From Candidatus Thorarchaeota archaeon (GTDB lineage: Archaea > Asgardarchaeota > Thorarchaeia > Thorarchaeales > Thorarchaeaceae), in assembly GCA_048882045.1 (NCBI GenBank), contig JBHLRZ010000003.1, forward strand, positions 64,001 to 128,000: DNA of 64,000 nt, in the 5' to 3' direction. This document shows positions 49,194 to 58,707 of this stretch, one piece after another; positions within the stretch are counted from its first letter, which is position 1; every line of letters starts with the position of its first letter. Under the pieces are notes generated by a model. That model had not been told where the DNA came from. It saw nothing but the letters and a program-made list of their open reading frames with translations, and searched no databases. Both the position numbers and the translations under genes were made by a program.

Positions 49194-52103
49194 ATGCCAG
49201 CAATCCCCACATCTTTTACTAAACAACTTGCAGTGCTCTTTATTCTTGGATTACTTTGTACACCGATGATTATGTTTGTGAGTGGTGCCTCTGGTACCAT
49301 AGACCATCAATCTAAGATTGCTCCGAGTCTTGCTGAGAAGATTCTGAGTTCTGAGAGTGATGAGGTCATTCCAGTTGTAGCTCAGTTTCCTGATGGCATG
49401 ACCCCCAACGAGATGATTGAAGAAATCCAGGGATTGAATCTAGAGAGTGTTGTAATCAGACACGCATTTCAATTGATACCCATGGTTTCGTTATACATTG
49501 GCAGTGGAGACATTTCAAAACTTGCTGAGAGGACACTAACAAATGGTATCATCCTCGATCGCAAACATCAGATTGTGACTGAAGTTCCAGTTGATAACTA
49601 TGTACTAGCAGAGAACGGAAATGGGTATGTTCATTTCGACACGATTACCAGTGCTGATTTGATGTGGAGCGAGGGATTCAACGGTACTGGAATTACTGTA
49701 GCAATACTTGACAGTGGTGTTGATGGAGACCATCCAGACTTAGTCAACAATATGATAGGTTTCAAGGATTATATCAATAATCAGGACGACATGAATCCGA
49801 GTGATGGGATAGAAGCCTATGATGACAACGGACATGGCACAGCTTGTGCATGGAACGTAGCTGGTGATGGTACAGCCAGTAATGGTCTCCTGAAAGGGAC
49901 AGCTCCTGGAGCAAGCATCCTTGGAATCAAAGTCCTGGATAATAACGGAGCTGGAGAAGATTCTGTAATAGCGAAGGGAATTGAGTTTGCTGTTCTACAG
50001 GGTGTGGAAGTGATAAGCATCAGTCTTGGAGGAGAATGGAGTGATAACACATATGTCGTGGAACCTTCCGTCCAAGAGATTGAGAATGCCATTACACACG
50101 GTGTGTCAGTGGTCATTGCTGCGGGTAATTCTGGTCCAGCCGCTATGACAATCAATTCACCAGGGATAGTCGAGGAAGCCATTACTGTTGGTTCTTCACA
50201 TGGAAACTCCGGAGTTGTTGCATTCAGTAGTGTTGGCCCAGTATTGAGGACAGTTTCAAATCCAATTGGATATGTCGCAAAGCCAGACCTAGTTGCACCC
50301 GGCAACCAAGTTGTATCAGGAAGGGGGAGTCAGGCAACCTCTCTTGAGTACCTCCCCTACAACCAGACGCAGTTTGGTACAAATTATACAAGATGGTCAG
50401 GAACATCAGCTTCGGCACCAATTGTTGCCGGTCTTGTAGCACTGATGCATCAGAAACACTCGCAGCTGACTCCTATTCAAGCAAAGGTAGCACTGATGAG
50501 TACTGCGACAGACTTGGGTGCAGATTCTATGAGTCAGGGATGGGGACTTGCGAATGTTTCACGAGCTTCGGAGCTTCTGACTAGTTCGACTGGAGATATT
50601 ACATTAATGACGCCACGGTTTTACCCCACCCTACCGTGGAGCTCACAGGTGACAATAGTAGGTGATGATCGACCGCCTCAGAATGTGACAATCATATCTT
50701 CACATCAAGTCGGTCTAGTCAACATCTCTGTTTCAGGAAATGTAAGTCAGTTCATTTCAACGAATCGTGACCAGATTATTGTTCCAGAAGGATACTCTCA
50801 CTTTGGAATCGCACTCGAGGTTCCTGAGGATATGCCTCTATCTGTAGCTGGTTTCTATTCAGGTTCTTTGAACTTGACGCAAAGTAGTGACATAATAGCC
50901 ACCGTTGAGATAGCGTTCACCATCACTTTATTTGGAGGACGGATGATGGTGGACATGGAACATCACTCGACAGGTGTTAATGCAGACATTGACGATCCTT
51001 CATACTATGGTTACTTTACAGAGTATCTTCGAGAGAGTGGCATGATTGTTACAGAGTTCGGAGACCCGGAAGACCTCAGAAGAAGCTACATCGACCTGAG
51101 TACCATTTCGGGCGCCGATGTATTCACCATAATGGATACAGAGACGTCGTACACGGATAACGAGGTTTCTGCACTTCATTCATTTGTGGAGAATGGTGGG
51201 ACACTTCTAGTCTTGTCAGAGTCGTTCAATCCGGATACTGGTGAGCCAACCTTTGCTATCGATTCCTATAATGAAATTCTTGAACCCTTTGGAATACAAT
51301 GCGAAGTCAGACCAATTGGGTTTGGACTCCCAAATTACGGACTGCTCTACGGAGCCAACTACAGCGGCTATGTAGAGGATGACCCACTGATGGACGGTGT
51401 GAGCGACATCTATGTTCTTCAGGGAAGTACATTACATATTGACCCATTGGTCTCGAATGCTAGAGGCCTCCTTTGGGAGGACTCAGAGAAGACACATGCG
51501 ATTGTTGCTAGAGCGGAATATGGTTCTGGTCAAGTATTCGTGATATCAGATGGATCAACTCTCTATGATGATGTCCTGTTCGATGCGATCAACTTCGGAG
51601 CTGACAATCTTCGGCTCCTAAGAAATCTAGCAAAAGCTATCACACCTGATTCGCCTCGAATCTTTGACGTTAATCTTGAGATTGCTGAAGTAGGAGAACA
51701 GGCGAATGTAACAGCTTATGTATTTGATGATGATCTTAATACTGTGTCAATGAGTGTGATTGGACCTACTGGTGCAAATCTCACTGGAATTGTTACTATG
51801 GAGCTAGGGTACAAATTCTCTACTGGTTTCACTTTCACAAGTGGGGGATTCTATTCTGTTCGCATTATCGCCACAGACTTTGCCGGGCACACGAGAATCT
51901 TCGAGAAGATCATCTTGGTTCCAGTGGATGCAGCTGATGACGTAGTTGTCCTTACACTCATCTACTCTCTACTTGGGGTCGTTTTGGTTGGAATCGTATA
52001 TGTCCTAATCATGCGAAGGCGTGGTCAACCAAAACCACGTAGAAAATATGTTGAAGAACCAAGAGAAGAAGAGTGGGAACTCCCTCCACCTGCTATCGAA
52101 TAG
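49194..52103 (+). CDS. Membrane-anchored S8 serine protease with Site-1-protease-like C-terminal domains
   Basis: ILDSG, GHGT, AAGNSG, SGTSASAP; C-terminal TM plus basic tail. Confidence 0.9.
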   Translation: MPAIPTSFTKQLAVLFILGLLCTPMIMFVSGASGTIDHQSKIAPSLAEKILSSESDEVIPVVAQFPDGMTPNEMIEEIQGLNLESVVIRHAFQLIPMVSLYIGSGDISKLAERTLTNGIILDRKHQIVTEVPVDNYVLAENGNGYVHFDTITSADLMWSEGFNGTGITVAILDSGVDGDHPDLVNNMIGFKDYINNQDDMNPSDGIEAYDDNGHGTACAWNVAGDGTASNGLLKGTAPGASILGIKVLDNNGAGEDSVIAKGIEFAVLQGVEVISISLGGEWSDNTYVVEPSVQEIENAITHGVSVVIAAGNSGPAAMTINSPGIVEEAITVGSSHGNSGVVAFSSVGPVLRTVSNPIGYVAKPDLVAPGNQVVSGRGSQATSLEYLPYNQTQFGTNYTRWSGTSASAPIVAGLVALMHQKHSQLTPIQAKVALMSTATDLGADSMSQGWGLANVSRASELLTSSTGDITLMTPRFYPTLPWSSQVTIVGDDRPPQNVTIISSHQVGLVNISVSGNVSQFISTNRDQIIVPEGYSHFGIALEVPEDMPLSVAGFYSGSLNLTQSSDIIATVEIAFTITLFGGRMMVDMEHHSTGVNADIDDPSYYGYFTEYLRESGMIVTEFGDPEDLRRSYIDLSTISGADVFTIMDTETSYTDNEVSALHSFVENGGTLLVLSESFNPDTGEPTFAIDSYNEILEPFGIQCEVRPIGFGLPNYGLLYGANYSGYVEDDPLMDGVSDIYVLQGSTLHIDPLVSNARGLLWEDSEKTHAIVARAEYGSGQVFVISDGSTLYDDVLFDAINFGADNLRLLRNLAKAITPDSPRIFDVNLEIAEVGEQANVTAYVFDDDLNTVSMSVIGPTGANLTGIVTMELGYKFSTGFTFTSGGFYSVRIIATDFAGHTRIFEKIILVPVDAADDVVVLTLIYSLLGVVLVGIVYVLIMRRRGQPKPRRKYVEEPREEEWELPPPAIE

Positions 52104-53364
52104 GACCATACGTTGTTTCGATAAACTCCCTGAGGCGTTCATGTCTGGGTCTCAGGAGAGGTTTATCATTAAGATTCGCACCAGATTCGACTCGTTCCAG
52201 TATTTCGTATCCGAGTCTTGCACCCATTCTAGAAGAGATGACCTGTCCTCCAATCAACTGTCCCTTCTCAGTCGAAACTAAGGCGACCTTCGCGAATTCA
52301 GTTGAGTCCTCCCAATACTCCACCTTTGTCTTAATTCCTAATGCATTTGCACTTACCGTTGAGTGACCAACCACAATGATATCAGTCTTGAAGAGATGAT
52401 CGTACTGAAGTCTCCGAATAGTATTGTCATAAATCTTGGACCCACCCGCTGCAATGACTCCAGCCTGACGACCAGCTCGTGCTGCTACACTCGCTATTGG
52501 TAAAAGGAACGGGTTTTTTGCAAATGGGTCTTTCAATTCGACACAGTCTCCTACTGCAAACACGTCTTCAACTGATGTCATCATCTTCTCATCGATAACA
52601 ATCCCACCCAACTTGCCTAATTTCAAACCGAGTACCTCCGCCAGTTTTGTGTTTGGCCGGACTCCTGTCATAAATAGGACTGCATCAGTTTCGTAGGGGA
52701 TACCATCGAGAAGTAACCTCTCAACCTTCTTTTCACCCTCAACTGCTGTTGGTGACACTCCAAGGTGGACTTTCAACCTATCTGAGAGTCGAGAAAGAAG
52801 CTCCTTACTCATCGATTCTTCAAGCTGCTTTCGCATCAGTCTTGATCGAACAACAAGATGAACCTCTTTGCCAAGTGCCAGCAGTCTTTCAGCTGTTTCG
52901 AGACCGCTAAAGCCAGCACCAACAACCATGATGCATCTCATGTCAGAGAGCTTGTTTCCAATTTTGCTAGTGTCGGCCATGGTCTGAATTGTGTGTACTC
53001 CTTTCAAATCAGTTCCAGGAATCGAAGGAACAGCAGGGATTCCTCCAGTAGCGAGAATAAGTTTGTCATATTCCAAAGTCTTGAATCCATCCAATTCTAG
53101 TGTCTTCTTCTTGGAATCTCCCCCTGTTACTATTGTGCCTGAGAGGATCTCGATTCGATTCTTCTTCAGTGCTTTAAATGACCAGTCCTCAATTTTCAGA
53201 TCATCTGTGTCAGGATATTCTAAAGCCATTGCAGCACCAGGTTTTCGATGAGCCTCGATTGTTTCCTCAGTAATTATCTTGATGTCAGCCTCTGAGTTAA
53301 ACATCCTAGCAGTGAGTGCTGCAGCGGCACCCCCAGGCCCATATCCAACAATAACAATTTTCAT
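52093..53364 (-). CDS. FAD-dependent pyridine nucleotide oxidoreductase (NADH oxidase / CoA-disulfide reductase-like)
   Basis: GYGPGG, LILATG, GAGFSGLE, GVRPN, FAVGDC. Confidence 0.87.
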   Translation of the reverse strand: MKIVIVGYGPGGAAAALTARMFNSEADIKIITEETIEAHRKPGAAMALEYPDTDDLKIEDWSFKALKKNRIEILSGTIVTGGDSKKKTLELDGFKTLEYDKLILATGGIPAVPSIPGTDLKGVHTIQTMADTSKIGNKLSDMRCIMVVGAGFSGLETAERLLALGKEVHLVVRSRLMRKQLEESMSKELLSRLSDRLKVHLGVSPTAVEGEKKVERLLLDGIPYETDAVLFMTGVRPNTKLAEVLGLKLGKLGGIVIDEKMMTSVEDVFAVGDCVELKDPFAKNPFLLPIASVAARAGRQAGVIAAGGSKIYDNTIRRLQYDHLFKTDIIVVGHSTVSANALGIKTKVEYWEDSTEFAKVALVSTEKGQLIGGQVISSRMGARLGYEILERVESGANLNDKPLLRPRHERLREFIETTYGPIR

Positions 53365-56300
53365 TCTACTTTGCCTCTTCGACGTTGTATTATTACGTAT
53401 GCACACACACCTACAACCAATGCGACGGCACCTAATGTCACTATCGTATAATCCTGAACTATTGTAAGAGTTGCAAAAAGTAGTTCAGTACCAGGAAGAT
53501 CTAGCCCTAAGGCAACTGCATAGACCTCATGTGAACCAAGTTGGAAGTAGCTGGAAGGGTAATCAAAGTTGTACACGCCAGTACCACTACTTAGACTGAG
53601 ATTGAGCCAAGAACCAGTTTCTGATTCAAACGCTATATACACGAGAGTAGCCAAAACAAATCCTTCAAGAATCAGCTCTCCTGAAACACGGTCGCTCATG
53701 AAAAGTCCTACCCTCACAATTTCATGGTCAAGACTAGCACTAGTGAAGATCAAATTAGGTCCGATCTGAGTAGAAAGTATTAGAGGCGGAAGGACAACGT
53801 TAAGCGCTTCGGATGTTATGTTGAACAGAAGACTGTTGACATATTCTGACCCGACTAACTCTGGAGGGACAGTTACAGTTAATGCACTCGCTCCAGTCCG
53901 AGAAGAAGAGTTCAAGACATTTAATGGACCATCAACAATATTCCAAAAGGTCGTGACGAGTCCGATTGGTGTGTCTCTGTCTGTCAATTCAACACCAACT
54001 ATGAATGACCCATCTGTAAATTCAATGGTCATGGTACTCATCATTGGACGGAGAAAGTCTACTAGCGTTCCAGGTCCAGCCTGGTCAGCATTTGCGAGAG
54101 TAGTATTATGTGTCGACGCTGAGATATCACCTCGAGTTCCGGTGGGGACACCATCAATCCTCACGATGACTACAGTTTCATTCACCCACCATGATGCAGT
54201 AAGGGATGAGGGATAGTATGAACTTCCTCCCCACTCGAATACCTCAGAAACACCTCCGGTGATATTGACCAGGTAATCAGCTCCGTTTTGTCCAGTTCCA
54301 GGATTTGAGTCTGAATCCCAGCCAATACTGAGAACATTAGATCCAGAGTAATTTGGGATTCCTCTTGAAACCACAGCAAGACCAACTGTGTTTCCGTCGA
54401 TGAATGCCTGGGCAGATGTTATGTCAAGACCTCCCTCTAATGAGAGGTCATCAGGATCTGTAAACAGGTCTGGAATGCCAACCCAGTTTGAGGAGGGTGA
54501 AGCATCAGCTGCTGGAGACTCTAGAACATGTCTGACCGAATGGAGCGCATCCACAAGTCCGTAACCCCAACTACTGGATGCAGAATCATAGTGTATCATG
54601 CTTGCCCCCGCTCCATCGACAAGTGCGGAGTAGTCTTGCCAAGCAGACGATTCACCAGATGCCTGTCGAATCAACGCCATAGCACCAGAAACATGGGGTG
54701 TGGCCATACTGGTCCCATCCTTTCGCACCCATAGAGTTGGCATGATAGAGGACGATGCAGCACGTATGTTATATCCTGGAGCCGCAATAGTCGGTTTCGG
54801 AACACCATCAACCCTTGGACCTTTGCTTGAAGACGAGAGTATGCTAGAGCTAGATTCGCTAAAGGCTGCTACCGTGATTGCCAAATCAGCAGTACCAGGA
54901 GAGCTTATCGTCCGACCTGAGTCAATATTACTGGAAACTCTCATGTTGGTTGTATCCCATTGTCCATCCCACGTATACGCGTCTATCCAAACTGACTCGC
55001 CAGATGGATTGTCGACGGTCATAGTCCATGAACCATCAGCCCAAGTGTGGTCCTGAGCTGAGACCTGGATAATTAGGTTGTTGAGTCCCTTTGCACTTAT
55101 GTCAGTGAAGGCATATGCTTTGAGTTCATTCTCTACGAGTTCCCAAGATCTGTGTGGATTGAGGGAGAACTGTCCGAGGTCGATGTCAACTCCCGTTGGA
55201 GTTGTGAGTATTATCCGTTCATCTCTGTCTGATGAATGCCAGAGTAGATTTAGGAATGAATAATCTGGTGCATTGTTGACATTGAAAGTTGCAGATCCAT
55301 TGTTTCCTGAGGGGGATAGAAACCGAGCATGTTTATTCTTGTCACCTAAATTCCCAGCAGCTGTAACTGAAACCACACCATGTCTGAGGAAAGCCTCACT
55401 TACAGCAAGGTCCTCGATGTCAGTCCCATCAAGAAATCCGAGATACGAAGAAAATGACATATTAATGATGTCAGCATCATTCTCCACAGCAAAGCTGATT
55501 CCATCCAGAATGTCTGCAGACTGGAGGTCGCTTTTGATTACTATGAGATCTGCACCAGGCGCAACGCCCACATAAGAAGTGAATCCAATCTGACCTCCTG
55601 CTACTACAGATGCTACATGAGTTCCATGACCATGAGGATCGATAATCGAAGCACCCAATGTAAGGTTTACACCCCGAACATAGACTCGTGATTCTGGTTG
55701 GTCATAGAGAATTACTACTTTGCTCACATCAAGTAGAACCACATCCTCTACTCCTAGCGTGATCACACTATCATCATTCGCGTCTATTCCGCCTAGCCAA
55801 CGATCTCCAGACATGAAGCTAAAGCCAGAAATGCCATCGACGTTCATATACATATAGTCAGCAGAGTATGCCACAGTTGCACCTACAAGACCGTTAACTG
55901 ACTCAATTGGTCCTTCATTGGCATCTGCAATTGAGTCATCGTCAAGATCGACATAGTAGTTCCCACTATCCTCGATAGTATGATATTGACCAGCAGACTG
56001 TCTCCAAAAGCTCGGATGCATCCATGATATACCGGTATCAAGTATTGCTACTTTAACTCCTGTGCCATCAACTGAAGTTCCATCCAACTTGATGTTGTTC
56101 CAGACATCATCAGCATTCATGGTAGGAACTGATGATGTGATTGATGGTACAAACTGCTTGGTGCCAGATGTTGCTCTAACAAGACCCAAGTCTTCGAGTG
56201 CATAAAGATCACTAATCTGAGATACTTTGGCAGAGTAGATTCTACCAACATTGACAATCGTTGAACCTCTTCTTGTAAATGATACACCAAGAGCCTCAAC

Positions 56301-56510
56301 ATGCTTAATCTGGGATGAAGTGAGTTCCTCCCTAAATTCAAGTAGCGCAGTTGATTCCGTTCCAGAGTTTTGCATTTCTATCCTTAAGCGTGGTTCGATT
56401 AGAGGAGTCGACTCGCCAACTGGATTAATAACAATCTTGGTGGCTATTGTGGTTGGAACAACAAATCCTGGTATTAATAGGACCAGTAGAATCAGATAGC
56501 GTCTATACAT
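53361..56510 (-). CDS. Membrane-anchored S8 serine protease with inserted domains
   Basis: ILDTG, GHGTHVA, AAGN, GTSMATPHVSG; signal peptide and C-terminal TM plus RRR. Confidence 0.9.
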   Translation of the reverse strand: MYRRYLILLVLLIPGFVVPTTIATKIVINPVGESTPLIEPRLRIEMQNSGTESTALLEFREELTSSQIKHVEALGVSFTRRGSTIVNVGRIYSAKVSQISDLYALEDLGLVRATSGTKQFVPSITSSVPTMNADDVWNNIKLDGTSVDGTGVKVAILDTGISWMHPSFWRQSAGQYHTIEDSGNYYVDLDDDSIADANEGPIESVNGLVGATVAYSADYMYMNVDGISGFSFMSGDRWLGGIDANDDSVITLGVEDVVLLDVSKVVILYDQPESRVYVRGVNLTLGASIIDPHGHGTHVASVVAGGQIGFTSYVGVAPGADLIVIKSDLQSADILDGISFAVENDADIINMSFSSYLGFLDGTDIEDLAVSEAFLRHGVVSVTAAGNLGDKNKHARFLSPSGNNGSATFNVNNAPDYSFLNLLWHSSDRDERIILTTPTGVDIDLGQFSLNPHRSWELVENELKAYAFTDISAKGLNNLIIQVSAQDHTWADGSWTMTVDNPSGESVWIDAYTWDGQWDTTNMRVSSNIDSGRTISSPGTADLAITVAAFSESSSSILSSSSKGPRVDGVPKPTIAAPGYNIRAASSSIMPTLWVRKDGTSMATPHVSGAMALIRQASGESSAWQDYSALVDGAGASMIHYDSASSSWGYGLVDALHSVRHVLESPAADASPSSNWVGIPDLFTDPDDLSLEGGLDITSAQAFIDGNTVGLAVVSRGIPNYSGSNVLSIGWDSDSNPGTGQNGADYLVNITGGVSEVFEWGGSSYYPSSLTASWWVNETVVIVRIDGVPTGTRGDISASTHNTTLANADQAGPGTLVDFLRPMMSTMTIEFTDGSFIVGVELTDRDTPIGLVTTFWNIVDGPLNVLNSSSRTGASALTVTVPPELVGSEYVNSLLFNITSEALNVVLPPLILSTQIGPNLIFTSASLDHEIVRVGLFMSDRVSGELILEGFVLATLVYIAFESETGSWLNLSLSSGTGVYNFDYPSSYFQLGSHEVYAVALGLDLPGTELLFATLTIVQDYTIVTLGAVALVVGVCAYVIIQRRRGKVE

Positions 56511-56627
56511 TAGAGTCCCTCTGGAATGTGGCTATGTCGTCCTATATGTTGAACTGATATGCATTTCTGTTAAGTACTCGATATAACCGGAACAGCCAAT
56601 ACCGTTCGAAACCTGCAGTCGGTAAGC

Positions 56628-58667
56628 GTGGAGATTTTGAGTAGGAAAAGTGTGCCCCCTGAATTTACTAGCCTTCTTGAGGACGAGGAGATACCTTGGG
56701 ACGAGATTATTGAAACGACAAGAATACGTTACAAGAAGAAGGTCAAACTCATCGAGGCTTTCACAGACACTGTTGTTGAACTTGCTACTAGAGAGAGTAT
56801 GAAGTCAAATCCACGGTTAGGAGTGCTAGTTCTTGGTCTTCATGCATGTCTTGTCAGAGGTCGATTAGCTGAGGCGCTTTTCCTTTCGAACGATTCTGAA
56901 GATATTAGAGTGCAAAGCCTTCGAGCGATTGTCCTGTTTGTACTAGCTGAAGCTGAGACCCTAAGGAAACTTGTGACAGATATGGAATCAAGAGTAGAAG
57001 AATCCTCTGCGCCTGCAGACCGGGTGAGACTAAGTACAGCTAAGGTTCTTGCCTCAGCTGCTGAAAGAGACACAAGTGTTGTTGTAAGCATCATAGAGTT
57101 TGACAACCTCCTCGAGCAGAATCCGGAACAGATAGAAGAGCCCCTCATTGAAACTATGTTCACACTTTATGTTGTTGGAACTCTCCTGAGAGAGATTGGT
57201 CAGAGTCTTAGAGCAGCTAGAATAGCTGATACACTGGAGGACATGATCAAGCCTACGAAGCATAGGATGTTTCAGGCTCTTGTAGAGAACCTCAGAGGAC
57301 ATATCGCCAATCTACAAGGAGACTTCAGAAAGGCCGAAGAACACTATCTTGAATTACACAAGATAAGTGAAGAGCTGTCGTTCGAGCTTGGTATCGCGAT
57401 GGCTCTGAATAATCTGGGAACTCTGAGAATTAACTCGTTGAAATTTGAGGAAGCATTGGAATACTTCAAGAGCTCACTAGAATTGATGCAGGTAGAGTCT
57501 GGCAAGATAGTTAGCTTGGCAAACCTTGGGGAGATATCAACTATTCTGAGTCGGCAAAAAGAAGCTGAGGATTATCTCAAAGAGGGTATTCGGCTTGATA
57601 AGAAACTCCAAAGAGGAACGATTGAGGTCTACTCTTGGTACTGTGTTCTACTCTCTAGAACAGGTCGCATAAAGGAATCCAATAAACAGCTTGAAATTGC
57701 AGAAGAGATTTGGAAAACTACAGAGAGACCATTACAGAAGGGAGCCTACCTTTTTGCGAAAGGGATTCATGAGTCATCAAACAACAATCTTGACCTAGCG
57801 ATTGACACTTTCGAGGAACTACTAGTGCTTGCAAAGGACAATGCATTATTCGAGTTTCTAGTGCGTGCCGAGCTTGAGCTGGCATCCACGTATGTCAAAG
57901 CCTATATGCAGTCCGAAGCTCCAGAGCACATCTCGAGAGCTGCCTACCATCTGAACGACCTTATCCACATATCAAACGAGCAAGGTCTTCAAACTCTCTA
58001 TGCAGAAGCCCTCCTGATCAGGAGTGATATGTATGCACTTGCTAGCCAGAGATTAGAAGCAAAGACCGATCTTGAGAAGGTAATCAGTCTATCCTCAACC
58101 TTAGATGACACACGATTAGAGAAAAAGGCACGTTCAAAACTCAAGATTGTCAGTTCAGAGGATATAGCACCACTCAAACTGGAACGCTCAGAACTTACAA
58201 AGTCATTAGATCGATTGACCGGTTTCAAACCAGCTGCTGGAAGACTGAAGGAGATACCAACTCCAAATCTGCATTCATTGATTGTTATTGATCGAGGATC
58301 AGGGCTTCCCATCTATGTATACCATTTCGACTCAACACTGGAGATGGATAGTTCCATGATTGGGGGTTTCATTTCAGCAATCACTGCTTTCTCCGACGAA
58401 CTACTGGGTGACAAAGCCTTGCTGAGATCAATAAACCACGAAGGATTTACTGTGATGATGGAGTATTCACCTGAAAGGGTAGTGACACTCATTGCTGATC
58501 AAGAAACTTTCGATGTCAGGTACATGCTCAGGACGTTTGGACAAAAATTCAACATTACGTATCCAATGGAGATAACAACTCGAGGTGTCGATCCGACTGA
58601 ATTCAAAGATGCTGAAATATTGGTCAAGAAGGTATTCTCCGAAACTGGACTTTCCCAAGATTGGTGA
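56628..58667 (+). CDS. TPR-repeat protein with C-terminal longin-like domain
   Basis: TPR motifs (ALNNLG, SLANLG); C-terminus LIVIDRGSGLPIY...MIGGFISAITAFSDEL. Confidence 0.8.
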   Translation: MEILSRKSVPPEFTSLLEDEEIPWDEIIETTRIRYKKKVKLIEAFTDTVVELATRESMKSNPRLGVLVLGLHACLVRGRLAEALFLSNDSEDIRVQSLRAIVLFVLAEAETLRKLVTDMESRVEESSAPADRVRLSTAKVLASAAERDTSVVVSIIEFDNLLEQNPEQIEEPLIETMFTLYVVGTLLREIGQSLRAARIADTLEDMIKPTKHRMFQALVENLRGHIANLQGDFRKAEEHYLELHKISEELSFELGIAMALNNLGTLRINSLKFEEALEYFKSSLELMQVESGKIVSLANLGEISTILSRQKEAEDYLKEGIRLDKKLQRGTIEVYSWYCVLLSRTGRIKESNKQLEIAEEIWKTTERPLQKGAYLFAKGIHESSNNNLDLAIDTFEELLVLAKDNALFEFLVRAELELASTYVKAYMQSEAPEHISRAAYHLNDLIHISNEQGLQTLYAEALLIRSDMYALASQRLEAKTDLEKVISLSSTLDDTRLEKKARSKLKIVSSEDIAPLKLERSELTKSLDRLTGFKPAAGRLKEIPTPNLHSLIVIDRGSGLPIYVYHFDSTLEMDSSMIGGFISAITAFSDELLGDKALLRSINHEGFTVMMEYSPERVVTLIADQETFDVRYMLRTFGQKFNITYPMEITTRGVDPTEFKDAEILVKKVFSETGLSQDW

Positions 58668-58707
58668 TAGGCCTTATAACTACTAAAATGGAACAGGACC
58701 CAATATC

